Below, piece after piece: positions 10,170 through 21,302 of a stretch of 64,000 nt of DNA (positions are counted from its first letter, which is position 1; the number at the start of each line of letters is the position of its first letter). The notes under the pieces are model-generated. The model saw only the letters and a program-made list of their open reading frames with translations. It searched no databases and had not been told where the DNA came from. This DNA is from Bdellovibrionota bacterium. Its GTDB lineage: Bacteria > Bdellovibrionota_C > UBA2361 > CAKMMH01. The stretch spans positions 224,001 to 288,000 of the forward strand of contig JBMNLI010000017.1 of NCBI GenBank assembly GCA_050952645.1. Direction: 5' to 3'. A program made the position numbers and the translations under genes.

Positions 10170-12066
10170 ATAGGGTAGAGCGAGGGCTATACCCTCTCCC
10201 TCCCGTCGCACCGTACGTACGGGTCTCGTATACGGCGCTCCATTAATATAATATCAAGTAATACTCAGGTAATACGTCAAAGGGTCGATTAAACCAATTC
10301 GTTCCTTTGTTTTACGCCCCAATATTTTAGGGCTTAATGCATAATTCACTACGTACCACGAACTGCGTCTATACCAGCCGAGTCTGCTGTTAGCAACCTT
10401 ATAGATTTCTTCATTTCTAAAATTGCAACCAAGCATTCGGTTCAATTTCTTAAGATTTAGATAGATTCGTCTCGGCAATTTCCACTGTTTAAGTATTATA
10501 ACCCTCACTTTGTGTCTAAGCCATTGACCATATTTATCTATAAAAGTCTTAAGAGTTCCTATCTTATAATAGTTTATCCAACCTTTAATTAACCAGCTTA
10601 GCTGTTGAAATGTCGAACCTAACGTTCGTGCCATTGCCTTCCGTCTACAAAGAATTTCTCTAGTTTTATCATAGAGTTTTCGTTTGCGATCTTCAGCAGG
10701 TTTACATTTCCAAGTTTTATACCCACTCTTCCAGTAGGTAAAGCCTAAGAAAGTGCTTTCCGTCGGCCTAGAGATTTTACTCTTACTTGAATTAATTTTA
10801 AGTCGTAGCTTACGCTCCAACCAACTCGCAACGGACTTCATTACTCTATTAGCAGCCTTTTCACTTCTAACAAATATATTACAGTCATCGGCATATCTAA
10901 CAAACTTAAGTCCTCTTGCTTCCAGTTCCTTGTCGAGTCTTATCAAGGTATATGTTAGATAATACTGGGGATAATGGACCTCCTTGCGGAACTCCTTTCT
11001 CACTTACAGTAAACAATCCATCTTCCATTATACCAGCTCTTAAGAACTGTCTTATCAATCGTAGTGTCTTCGCATCTTTGATGCGTTCCCTGATTATCGA
11101 AATTAATTTGTCGTGATTAACAGTATCAAAATATTTCTCTATGTCTAGGTCTATAACCCAATCATAGCCTCTTTTCAAGTACTCAAGAGTTCTATATACT
11201 GCTAGATGGCAATTCCTTCTAGGTCTAAAGCCATAGCTACTATTACTAAAATACTTTTCGTATCCGCGTGCTAGTATTTGCGCTACCGCTTGTTGAATTA
11301 CCCTATCTACTACTGTAGGTATTCCTAAAGGTCTCATCTTACCATTAGCTTTAGGTATATACACTCTCTTAACTGGACTCGGCTTATAATTCCCTTCACG
11401 TATCTGAGATTTTATCTCTTCTCTGTGAACGGCAAAATAGTCTTCAAGCTCATCTACTGGCATATCATCTACACCAGATGCACCTTTATTTCGCTTAAAC
11501 AGCCTTTATAGCCTCATCTATATTTTTGTCTGATATAATTAGTTCAATCAATTCCACCTGTTGCTCCTCCCTCTGTTTGTAAAGCTACTAGAAAACACCC
11601 CCTCTATCTTCTGCCCCCACAGGTTACGTTCCTGTTTGTTAGGCATATCCTTCAATTTCGGACTCTTCTAGCCTTGCTTACAGTGATTCACAATATATTA
11701 ACGTTCAACCCTTCCTTGAGTGGTGTCTCAAGTACTATGGTATCAACTGACTTCCAGATATAAGCTTTATATCGCACGTGCATAGCACGCTATCTGGACC
11801 TCCCGGGGTAAGGCATAGTTCTTTCACCAGACAACCTCCAGATTTACTCGTTTGGTTTTACGTTTGTCTTTAGGGCTTCGGTTTGTAGCGCAACCTCACC
11901 CACCATTTAGCCTTGTATCTGGTTTCTGTTCGTAGGCTCCTTGGTTTTGATCCGCCACTTCCTTCACTCTAACATTACTGCTTCGAGCTTGTGGCATCAC
12001 TACACTTGGTGACAACTACCCGTGACGGGACTTTCACCCGCTAGAACTATGTCGTGCCCGGCACAC
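10170..12066 (-). mobile_element. Group II intron, class IIC, about 1897 nt
   Basis: 5' end GTGTGCCGGGC at 12066; short domain V GAGCGCCGTATACGAGACCCGTACGTACGGTG with CGC triad; domain VI ending in AT at 10170; flanks rejoin as cacgaa|gcccaaaag, matching the empty copy near 9877. Confidence 0.95.
10254..11557 (-). CDS. ltrA: Intron-encoded reverse transcriptase/maturase without endonuclease domain; +1 frameshifts near 11498 and 10938
   Basis: GTG start at 11557 after GGAGGAG; RPLGIPTVVDR, SYGFRP, DLDIEKYFD, GVPQGGPLSP, RYADD, GWINYY. Confidence 0.93.
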
Positions 12067-12239
12067 GCCCAAAAGAAAATTGACTTTAAAGGAATTTGCA
12101 TAAAATAAATTAACTTTAAATATAGCTGTAATTTTTTTTTTGAAACTATAGTTAGTTTTATATAAAAGTCAATTTTCTTTTAAGCTAACCTAAAAAAACA
12201 ATTTTCTAACCCACTTAAAACGTCAAAGAACCTAAAAAT

Positions 12240-12959
12240 TTAAATATTATATCTACAAGATATAAAATATCTTAACTCTTTATTACTAATATTTTTTATG
12301 TTTTCTTTTTTATCATCATAAATAAGCACACCATCATTTAAAGCTAATAGATGACTAACAACTGGAAAAAGTCGCCTTAAATCGTGGCTTACTATAATCA
12401 TCGTTAAGTTATATTCTTTTTGTAAATTAGATATTAACTCCATAATTACTGCGCTAGCTACTGGGTCTAGCCCACTAGTAGGGTCATCTAACAAAACTAC
12501 GCTTGGGGTAGACACTAGCGCTCTTGCTAGAGATACTCTTTTTCGCATACCACCGCTAAGCTGTCCTGGCATTTTTAAATAACTATCTTTAAGCCCTACC
12601 TTATCTAGTATATCAAATATTTTGTAAGTATAATTTTTTCTTTTTTCATCACTTAAAAGCGATAAAGAGTTTCCTCTAGTAAGTGGAAAAAGAACATTAT
12701 CAAAAACGTTCATCGAATCGAAAAGTGCTCCTTCTTGAAACATAAGTGAAACGTCGCTTTTATTTTTTATACCAAGGTCGAAAGTGCCACTATCTTGCTC
12801 ATATATTCCTGCAAGAACTTTTAGCAAAACGCTCTTTCCAGAAGCGGTAGGGCCTATTAACCCTGTAATTGTGCTAGCTTTTAAACTAAATGAAACATCT
12901 TTTAGGGCTTCAACATTGCTAAATGATTTCGTTATATTATTAACTTCTATATTTTTCAT
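12240..12959 (-). CDS. ABC transporter ATP-binding protein (MlaF/Ttg2A-like)
   Basis: GPTASGKS, FQEGALFDSM, LSGGMRKRVSLARA, DDPTSGLDP, VSHD. Confidence 0.88.
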   Translation of the reverse strand: MKNIEVNNITKSFSNVEALKDVSFSLKASTITGLIGPTASGKSVLLKVLAGIYEQDSGTFDLGIKNKSDVSLMFQEGALFDSMNVFDNVLFPLTRGNSLSLLSDEKRKNYTYKIFDILDKVGLKDSYLKMPGQLSGGMRKRVSLARALVSTPSVVLLDDPTSGLDPVASAVIMELISNLQKEYNLTMIIVSHDLRRLFPVVSHLLALNDGVLIYDDKKENIKNISNKELRYFISCRYNI

Positions 12960-13063
12960 ATATATATTTTTTTTTATAATTATTCTTGCTAACTATTCAC
13001 GCTAATAATTCACGCTAATAATTTTTCGTAAAGAGAAAGTAATAACATTTTTAAAAAGTTTCT

Positions 13064-14296
13064 TTATAAAAATTCCTGTATTTTGCTATCTAGCTCTTCT
13101 ATTGAAAATGGTTTTGCTAAAAATGCCTTTGCTCCATATTCTAACATTTTATTTACTGCATCTTGTGAACTAAATCCACTTATTACTATAAACTTTACAT
13201 CGGGTCTTATGGACATTAGGTCGATAAAGAGATCTTCCCCAGAACCATCAGGCATTAACATATCTGATACTACAAGGTCGAACTGCCCTCTTTGTTTTTT
13301 AAATATATCGTATGCTTCTTTAACACCACTAGCTACATATACATCATACCCTAAAAACTTCAATCCATCAAAAAAAACCTCTCTAATTATCTCTTCATCA
13401 TCAACAAAAAGTATTTTTCCGCTTTTTTGTTTTTTCTTTTCATTATTTTGTTTCTGATTATCTTGTTTTTCAAAATTTTCATCTTTTGCTAATGGGAGTG
13501 TTATTCTAAACGAACTTCCTTTACCCTCTTTCGATGCACATTCTAATTTTCCATTAAGACTTTTTACTATTTCAAAAGTAGTGCATAAGCCTACGCCAGT
13601 TCCGTTATCTCCTTTAGTAGTAAAATAAGGCTTTAAAATATTTTCTTTTATCTTATTTGACATACCTATACCATTGTCGGTAACTGAAAATTTACAAAAT
13701 TTATCATCTATCTTTTCTAGCACGATTTGTATTTTAAGATTTTCTTTATTTTGGCATTCTTTTAAAGCGTCTACTGCGTTAACTACTAAATTTATAAGAA
13801 TTTGTGCCATGGATGCTTCAATAGCTTTTATATAAATATCATTTTCTAATTTAGTTTCAATTTCATAGATAGGAGGCACCGAGGCTCTTAATAGAAAGAT
13901 GGTATCTTTGAAAACATTCGTTAAATTTAAAACTTTTAGTTCATCATTTAATTTTAGCTTAGAAAAATTTAAAATTTGTTTTGTAAGCCCTGAAGCTTTT
14001 AAAATAGCATTTTCGATAGAAGAAATAGAATCTAATAGCTCACGGGCTTCGTCTAAGTTTTTCTTAGAGTTTTTTTCTTGGTTTTCTTCTTGGTTTTTTT
14101 CTCGGGTTTTTTCTCGGGTTTTTTCGGATTTTTTTTCTAGAGATCTTTTTATAAAAGATATATGCCCCATCATTCCAGTTAAAATATTATTAAAATCATG
14201 AGCAACCCCACTAGCTAAAACGCCTAAACTTAAAAGCCTTTGATTGTGCAGTTTTTCATTCGTTTTAAGTTTATTATCATTATTTTTTTCATTCAT
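13064..14296 (-). CDS. Cytoplasmic hybrid histidine kinase with receiver domain and no evident sensor domain
   Basis: H-box GVAHDFNN, N-box NLVVNAVDA, DNGIG, GTGVGL; receiver VDDE, SDMLMP, KPF. Confidence 0.93.
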   Translation of the reverse strand: MNEKNNDNKLKTNEKLHNQRLLSLGVLASGVAHDFNNILTGMMGHISFIKRSLEKKSEKTREKTREKNQEENQEKNSKKNLDEARELLDSISSIENAILKASGLTKQILNFSKLKLNDELKVLNLTNVFKDTIFLLRASVPPIYEIETKLENDIYIKAIEASMAQILINLVVNAVDALKECQNKENLKIQIVLEKIDDKFCKFSVTDNGIGMSNKIKENILKPYFTTKGDNGTGVGLCTTFEIVKSLNGKLECASKEGKGSSFRITLPLAKDENFEKQDNQKQNNEKKKQKSGKILFVDDEEIIREVFFDGLKFLGYDVYVASGVKEAYDIFKKQRGQFDLVVSDMLMPDGSGEDLFIDLMSIRPDVKFIVISGFSSQDAVNKMLEYGAKAFLAKPFSIEELDSKIQEFL

Positions 14297-14698
14297 TATA
14301 AATATTACCTAAAAGATTGTTTAATGCCTCTTTGTAATCCGCTATAACTATTTGATATTATTAGACAATTTATCTTTTTAAAAAAATTATCTTTTAAAAT
14401 CAAGCATTTTCGGTATAAAATGCTATTTGAGTATTTTTGAAAGCATTTTTTAAGAGAATTAAAAAATTTAATTATTTACTCTAACTTATTTGATCTAATC
14501 ATTAAAATAATTTTAATAATAATTTAATGATAATTCAAGGTAAGAACGATGCTTTTAAAATCACTAAAGTTTAGTATATTAAATTTTATCAAATCTTAAA
14601 ATAGGAATTATAAGTCTTTAGGAGGTTTTTTGTTGACTTAAAGTTTTTTTAGGGGATGCCCTAAGGATTTCTATTTTAAATATTATGGAGTAAATTAA

Positions 14699-15001
14699 AT
14701 GGCTGATTTACAAAAGGGCATTGTAAAGTGGTTTAATGATGCTAAAGGATTTGGTTTTATACAAAGTGAGGCTGGAGAAGATGTTTTTGTTCATTATTCA
14801 GCAATAACGTCTGATGGGTTTAAAACGCTAAAAGACGGCGAAGAAGTTACTTACGAAATTGAAAAAGGCGAAAAAGGACTTCACGCTTTATGTGTAAACA
14901 GGACTAAAAAAATCGCTAAAGACAAGCTTAAAGCACCTAAAGAAAACGCTCCTAAAGAAGATGCCTTAGCCAAAACATCAAAAGAGGAGAATTTAAATTA
15001 A
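14699..15001 (+). CDS. csp: Cold-shock domain protein with Lys-rich C-terminal tail
   Basis: [13 protein letters not shown] and DVFVHYSAI. Confidence 0.93.
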   Translation: MADLQKGIVKWFNDAKGFGFIQSEAGEDVFVHYSAITSDGFKTLKDGEEVTYEIEKGEKGLHALCVNRTKKIAKDKLKAPKENAPKEDALAKTSKEENLN

Positions 15002-15084
15002 AGTCGATTTTCTAGTTCTTCACGTTTAAAGGGGATTAGAAAAATTGTTTTTTTAAGGCTAGTTTAAAATCTCTTAAAAAAAAT

Positions 15085-15350
15085 GGCTCTTCACGTTTTG
15101 AGTAGGTTAGAGTCTATCTTCTAATGTAAATTGACAAAATTATTTTATGAAACTGTTGTTGTTTTATTAAAATAATAGTTAATTTTATTGGGAAAAATAA
15201 ACATTAGAGTTGTTAGAAAAAGTTATCCATAACTGATAGCAAGACCTAGTAATTAAAAGCTAAAGGTCAGGCTGTGGATAACTTTCACAAAGACCCCATT
15301 AAATAGAATGGCGTTTTGTCTCTCTTAACCCACCTAAAACATGAAGAACC
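15085..15350 (+). mobile_element. MITE-like repeat, subtype B (partial subtype A end at about 15015-15070)
   Basis: Ends ggctcttcacgttttgagtaggtt / aacccacctaaaacatgaagaacc; interior matches 35545-35785. Confidence 0.82.
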
Positions 15351-15583
15351 TCTTTTTATATAATTTTTCTTATTAAAAAGCATCCTTAATTTCCTTATAT
15401 AAGCCACTTAAAATAATTTAACACTTTCAACACGTTATCATAAAAATAGGCACTTTTCAAGTATTGTATTAGGCAGTTTTCAGGCTTTTCGTTAGGCACT
15501 TTTCAGGCGATTTGCTATGCAATTTTCAAGGCTATGCAATTTTCAAAAGGGGGGGAAACTAAAACTCATACGTGCCTAGGCTT

Positions 15584-16615
15584 TTAGAAGCATTTGCCTG
15601 CTAACTGTCCGCAAGCGGCTGCTATATCTTTTCCTTTTGAATAGCGAATAGTAGTCGTTATTTTAGAATTTAATAGATTATTTGCAAACTCGAAAACTAC
15701 TTTTTCATTTGGGGTTTTAAAAATATTTTCATCACACTCATTATAAGGGACTAAATTTACTTTAGCTTTTAGGGACGACACTATCTTTCTTAATCTTCCT
15801 AAATCTTCTCTAGTATCGTTTACTCCTTTTAGCATCACGTATTCTATCGTAATTTTTCTTTTACCTTTAAGTTTAACTTCTTTTAGTGCTTCGATTAACA
15901 TCTCTAATGGATATTTTTTATTTATTGGCATTAAAAAATCACGAAGCTCATTCGTTGTAGCATTTAGAGAAACTGCTAAGCTTGCTTTTATCTCCTGCTC
16001 AAAAAAATCTTTTATCCTTGGGACTATTCCACAAGTAGAAACTGTAATTTTTCTTGCACTAAAGGCATATCCGTATTCATCGTTTAAAATATCTATTGCC
16101 TTTACTACATTATCATAATTTAAAAATGGCTCTCCCATTCCCATAAAAACGATATTAGTAAAATCTTGCAAATGAGCGTTTGCATCGTAAAGCAAGAACC
16201 TAACTTGTCCTATAATTTCCGATACTTCTAAATTTCTTTTAAATCCTAATTTAGCGGTTTGACAAAATGCGCAATTCATAGCACAACCTACTTGTGAAGA
16301 AATGCAAATAGTATTTCTTTTATCTTGTTTTATAAATACAGATTCTATATATGAGCCATCACTCAATTTGAAAGAATATTTTCTTGAGCCATCTTTAGAG
16401 TTTAATTTTTTTTCTAGTGTTAATTCTGGAAAAGAAAAAGTAACCTTAAAAATTTCTCTAGTATCTCTTTTAATATCGGTCATTAAAGAAAAGTCGGTTA
16501 TCCCTCTAGCGTATACCCATTTAAAAAGCTGGTCTGCTCTAAACTTTGGAAGTTCAAATGTAGCACTTAAGTAAGAAGCTAAGTCTTGTCTAGTAAAATT
16601 AAAAAAATTTATCAT
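15584..16615 (-). CDS. rlmN: 23S rRNA A2503 C2-methyltransferase RlmN (radical SAM)
   Basis: CISSQVGCAMNCAFC, MGMGEP, IAAACGQL. Confidence 0.96.
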   Translation of the reverse strand: MINFFNFTRQDLASYLSATFELPKFRADQLFKWVYARGITDFSLMTDIKRDTREIFKVTFSFPELTLEKKLNSKDGSRKYSFKLSDGSYIESVFIKQDKRNTICISSQVGCAMNCAFCQTAKLGFKRNLEVSEIIGQVRFLLYDANAHLQDFTNIVFMGMGEPFLNYDNVVKAIDILNDEYGYAFSARKITVSTCGIVPRIKDFFEQEIKASLAVSLNATTNELRDFLMPINKKYPLEMLIEALKEVKLKGKRKITIEYVMLKGVNDTREDLGRLRKIVSSLKAKVNLVPYNECDENIFKTPNEKVVFEFANNLLNSKITTTIRYSKGKDIAAACGQLAGKCF

Positions 16616-16858
16616 ATAATTTATAAAGTTTTCTTAAAAGAATTTTTTAGGGGGTAGCTTTACGAGTATCTAAATACGCACTTTGTATAAGTTAATTATC
16701 TTATTTTTTAAGCTCTTTTGCACGTTTATTAAGTTTTAAGCACTAAAAACTAGCCTTATTTCTCCTTTAAAGAGAAATCTTTTAAAAGAAAATAATTTTT
16801 AAGAGCCTCTTTAAAAACGTGCGAAAGAGTAAAAAAACGCAAAAAGATTAAATTAAAC

Positions 16859-17269
16859 TTATAATTCTGGAAAGAAAAACTCGACTTCCGTTTTAGCATT
16901 TTCTATACAATCAGAGCCGTGCACAGAGTTTCTATCGATACTTTCTGCGAAGTCTGCTCTAATAGTTCCTTTTTCCGCTTTTGCTGGGTCTGTTGCTCCC
17001 ATAAGAGTTCTATTTTTAAGAACTGCGCCCTCTCCTTCGAGAACTGAAACTACCACTGGGCCACTTATCATAAATTCTACTAACTCATTATAAAAAGGCC
17101 TATCTTTATGAACTTCATAAAATTTTTGTGCTTGTTCTTTAGTTAAAGTTAGCATTTTTATTGCTATTATTTTTAAGCCGTTATTTTCAAAACGACTCAA
17201 AATATTACCTATAACACTTTTCTCCACTGCATCAGGTTTTATTATCGATAAAGTTCTTTCTATAGTCAT
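16859..17269 (-). CDS. ndk: Nucleoside diphosphate kinase
   Basis: IIKPDAV, GTIRADF, NSVHGSD. Confidence 0.97.
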   Translation of the reverse strand: MTIERTLSIIKPDAVEKSVIGNILSRFENNGLKIIAIKMLTLTKEQAQKFYEVHKDRPFYNELVEFMISGPVVVSVLEGEGAVLKNRTLMGATDPAKAEKGTIRADFAESIDRNSVHGSDCIENAKTEVEFFFPEL

Positions 17270-17456
17270 AAATATTATCTCCTTTTAATTAAATACAAAT
17301 TTATATTTTTATTACACTCTTAATTTATACACTCTTAACTTAGCAATTAATTTATACGCATTTTTACTTATACGCATTTTAATTTATTTTATATTTTTAT
17401 TACCTTTTTTTGTTATATGCTTTTATTTTAAGAAAAGTTTTGCTTGTATACAGAAA

Positions 17457-17705
17457 TTATGCTTCAGCTTGTTCTACTGCCTTTGGCGCTTCTTTTAATC
17501 TTTTTATTATACGTCCTTTAGTTAAATCGTAAGGCGATATTTCGACTACTACTCTATCTCCTGGAAGTACTCTAATATAGAAACGTCTCATTTTACCTGC
17601 AAGGTATGCAAGGAGTTCATGTCCGTTATCGCATTCAACTCTAAAAGTGGTATTAGGGAAACATTCCTTTACCACGCCATTTAATTCTATTGTATCTTTT
17701 GCCAT
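17457..17705 (-). CDS. infA: Translation initiation factor IF-1
   Basis: [26 protein letters not shown]. Confidence 0.97.
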   Translation of the reverse strand: MAKDTIELNGVVKECFPNTTFRVECDNGHELLAYLAGKMRRFYIRVLPGDRVVVEISPYDLTKGRIIKRLKEAPKAVEQAEA

Positions 17706-18063
17706 ATATAAACTTTTTATTTTAAAATTGTTAATAAAGTTCTTTTTTAAAAGTAAACATTATTTAGGTTATTACATACTACTACACTTCTATGCTTTTT
17801 TAGTATACTTTTTATAGTATACATTTATAGCTATACTTTTATAGCTTAAAGGATGCTTTCATATTTTATGAAAAGAACTTAAGTAAAATTTAGCCTGTTT
17901 AAAAAAGATAAAAATTTTTTCTCTTTTAAAAAATCTTTTGGCTTTCTTTAAATAAACTTTTTATATGATAACATTTTTTAAGCAAAAACTGCAAAAGCTA
18001 GAATTAAAAAAGTAGCGAAAACTCCCTTACTTTCAATTTTTGATTTTACAAATTAGTTATTTA

Positions 18064-19489
18064 TCAATTAAGTTTACTAAAAACATCTTTGTGTTCTCTA
18101 AGAAAATTTATTGCCGCCGATTTAGCATCTAAGTCTTCATTTTGGTTTTTAGCTATTTGAAGCCATTTTAAAGCTTCTTTTTTATCTGTCGCTACGCCTT
18201 CTCCATTAAAATACATCATGCCGACATAAGCGGCACCTCTAGGATTCCCTTGATCTGCAGCTTTTTTAGCCCATTTAAATGCTTCTTTAAAATCTTTAGA
18301 AACTCCTTTCTCAATTATATACATATTAGTTAAAAAAAAGCTGGGCAAGTACGCTTCCACGCTCCGCACCTTTTTTATACCATTTTACAGCTTCTTGATA
18401 ATCTTGAGGAACTCCTTGACCAAGTTCATAGACAATGCCTAGGTTAGTCAATGCGTTAGCATTTTCTTTCTTAGCAGCTTTTCTATACCATTTTATCGCT
18501 TCTTTATAATCTTTTAGAACGCCTGCTCCTAACCTGTACATGCTTCCTAAATTATCTTGAGCTATAGCATCTCCTTGCTCTGCGGCTTTTTTATACCACT
18601 TAAATGCCTCTTTATTATCTTTAGGAATGCCCTCACCATTTAAATACAAAGAACCTAAATCATTTTGAGCAATAGCAAGGCCTTGCTTGGCAGCTTTTTT
18701 ATACCATTTAACAACCTCTGTATAATCCTTTGAAACACCTTGCCCATTTAAATACATCAACCCTAAATTATACTGAGCTATGGCGATTCCTTTCTCTGCG
18801 GCTTTGATATGCCATTTTGCCGCCTCTTTATAATCTTGAGAAACTCCTTGTCCTAAAAAATACATATTAGCTAAATTAAATTGAACATTCACATCGCCTT
18901 TTTCAGCAAGAGTTATGCAAGAGTTTAATTCTTCGGAGTTAAGTTTTATATCATCTACGTTAAAGTCCTTTTTATTAAACTCGATTTTCTTTTCTGTTAA
19001 AGGGCAAGCTATTTTTTTTCCGCCGCAAGAGTAGAATAGTATTAGGAGTAATACGATTGTGATTGCAGATATTTTTATAATTTTTTTATTTTTGCATTCG
19101 TTATTTTCTTTATTTATATTTTCTTTATTTATTTTTTCTTTATTTACATCGCTTTTATTTACATCTTTTTTATTATCGATAAATTTATTATCATTAAATT
19201 TATTATCGTTATTTTTATTACTTATTAAATTGCTAGTTTCTCTATCGTTTATTTCATTTTTAAAAACCTCACTAGCTTTTTTCCATAAAAAAGTTTCTAA
19301 GTTATCATCTTCTAAGCTGTTATCTAAAGTGCTACTAGCTAAAGTGCTATCATCTAAAGCACTACTATTTGAAATTAACGTATCTTTACTTATTCTACCT
19401 TTTTTAATTTTTTCTAAAATTTGAGATTTTGAAAAACCTCCTACTGGTTTTCCATCGATAAGCATATAGTAAATATTATTATTTTTCAT
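18064..19489 (-). CDS. Membrane-anchored Sel1-repeat protein with GYF_2-like N-terminus; frameshift at the A8 run 18332-18339
   Basis: N-terminal YYMLIDGKPVGGFS...ISKDTLI, one TM helix, repeated AQxNLGxMYxxGxGVxxDYxEAxKWYxKAA; repeats continue in ORF 18064-18369. Confidence 0.88.
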
Positions 19490-19554
19490 AACCTTCTTTT
19501 CCTAAAAAAGAAACACTAAATTTAATATAAAGAACTACTAGAAGTAGTATAACG

Positions 19555-20940
19555 CTACTCTTTAAAATACTTGTCTAAAAACATTCTTCCTAATTGCGAT
19601 GCGGTTTTCATAAACTTTCCATTATGAACTATTACTATAGCTACCGCAATTTGTGGGTCATTTGATGGAGCACTCGCTATAAACCAATTCGTAAGCCCTT
19701 TAGGATTATCTCCATTTAACGTGCCAGTTTTTGCCGATACTGGTATTTCAAAATTTCTAAAATATTTTTTAGAAGTCCCCGAAGTAGTCGTCTTTGCCAT
19801 CATTTTTAAAAGCTCATCGGCCGTGCCCTTATTCATAACTTCTTGCAGAACTTGCGGTTTGCTTTTATAGAGAATCTCCCCCGTTGGCGCTACGACTCTA
19901 CTTATCATATAAGGCTTTGGAATCACCCCCTTGTTAGCGACACCTGCCATAATCATCGCAGCATGAAGCGGACTTATGCGAACATCTCCAAACCCTGCAC
20001 CAGTTCGACTAAGCTCATAATCTCCCTCAGGAATATTAGCTTCACTACTAGGCTGTATCATATCAAACGGAAGCTCCTCATTAAAACCAAACCTATTTGC
20101 ATAATTCATCAAAGTCGCTTGATTTAAATATTTTAACGCCACTCTACCAAAAACAGGATTACAAGATTTTCCTAAAGCATCTGAAAGAGACATATGCCTT
20201 TTATCTAACTTACCACTAGGGGCATAATTATACTTATTTAATATATAATCGCTTCCCCTATACGCTATGCGAGAATCTGCACGCAGAACTCCAGCCTCTA
20301 AAGCTGCCGTAGCAGTAACTATCTTAAATAACGAAGCCGCAGGAAGCCCAGCATACAATTCAAAATTAGGAATATCTGAAAGCCCATCCATTGCTACAAC
20401 TCTTCCCGTCTTAGGTTCTAAAGCTACTAGTGCTACGTGTGGCACCTCTGCTTGTTCTAAAATACTCGTAGTGTAACTTTGAAGTTCTGGGTCTAACGAA
20501 AAAAACACTATATTTCCAGCACGTGAAACCGCCTTTAAAGATTTCTCCGTCTTATACAATTCTTCATCAAACGACGGAATCTTAGTTAACAAAAATGAAT
20601 TGTCTTTTAAATTTACTAAAAGCTTAACTGGAGGAAATTTCTCTAAGCTACCTAACGCCTTAATATTCATTCTAGGTTTAGGAGCTTCTTTTTTAATATT
20701 AGTTTGAACTATTAGTTTTTTTACACTATTAGATGGATTGTGAAATCCAAAATAGTAAATGGCTATAAAAGCAGGTACGAAAAAACAAGATATAAAAGCT
20801 AAATACGAAAAAATTTTTTGCTTCTTTAATTTATACCTCTTGCGTTTCTTAACAACCTGCCCCTGAAGACAACTTGGTTTATCACTTTTAAAAAAATTCA
20901 TCATAATTACAATAAAAAGGTAAATAAAAAAATTCTTCAC
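19555..20940 (-). CDS. Penicillin-binding protein, transpeptidase domain (start uncertain)
   Basis: SxxK (SLFK), SxN (SCN) and KTG motifs, one TM helix; the listed GTG start lies inside a MITE terminus. Confidence 0.9.
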   Translation of the reverse strand: MKNFFIYLFIVIMMNFFKSDKPSCLQGQVVKKRKRYKLKKQKIFSYLAFISCFFVPAFIAIYYFGFHNPSNSVKKLIVQTNIKKEAPKPRMNIKALGSLEKFPPVKLLVNLKDNSFLLTKIPSFDEELYKTEKSLKAVSRAGNIVFFSLDPELQSYTTSILEQAEVPHVALVALEPKTGRVVAMDGLSDIPNFELYAGLPAASLFKIVTATAALEAGVLRADSRIAYRGSDYILNKYNYAPSGKLDKRHMSLSDALGKSCNPVFGRVALKYLNQATLMNYANRFGFNEELPFDMIQPSSEANIPEGDYELSRTGAGFGDVRISPLHAAMIMAGVANKGVIPKPYMISRVVAPTGEILYKSKPQVLQEVMNKGTADELLKMMAKTTTSGTSKKYFRNFEIPVSAKTGTLNGDNPKGLTNWFIASAPSNDPQIAVAIVIVHNGKFMKTASQLGRMFLDKYFKE

Positions 20941-21046
20941 GTTTTAAGGTGTTTTTAAAACCTCAAAATTAGCATCACCCTTAAAGCTCTTAAAGCACTG
21001 GCTTTAACTCTTAAAATTATCATCAATTATTTATCATCAATATTTA

Positions 21047-21271
21047 GGCTCTTCACGTTTTATGTGGGTTAAAAACCTTTAAAATTAGTATCACTCACCT
21101 CGACGAAGCCCAAAAGAAAATTGACTTTAAAGAAATTTGCATAAAATAAATTACTTTAAATATAGTTGTAATTTTTCTTTAAACTATAGATAGTTTTCTA
21201 TAAAAGCCAATTTTCTTTTAAGCTAACCCCCAATAACAATTTTTTCTAACCCACCTAAAACGTGAAGAACC
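21047..21271 (-). mobile_element. MITE-like repeat, subtype A, both termini intact
   Basis: ggctcttcacgttttatgtgggtta / taacccacctaaaacgtgaagaacc; contains an unoccupied acgaa|gcccaaaag intron site. Confidence 0.88.
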
Positions 21272-21302
21272 ATTATTTATCATCAATCGCTTATCATCTA
21301 TT

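Noticed and set aside
9733..12240. Repeats plus reverse transcriptase as a CRISPR, retron, DGR or integron cassette array
   Set aside because: No unique spacers, cas genes, integrase or cassette ORFs; the RT has a maturase region and clear group II intron ends.
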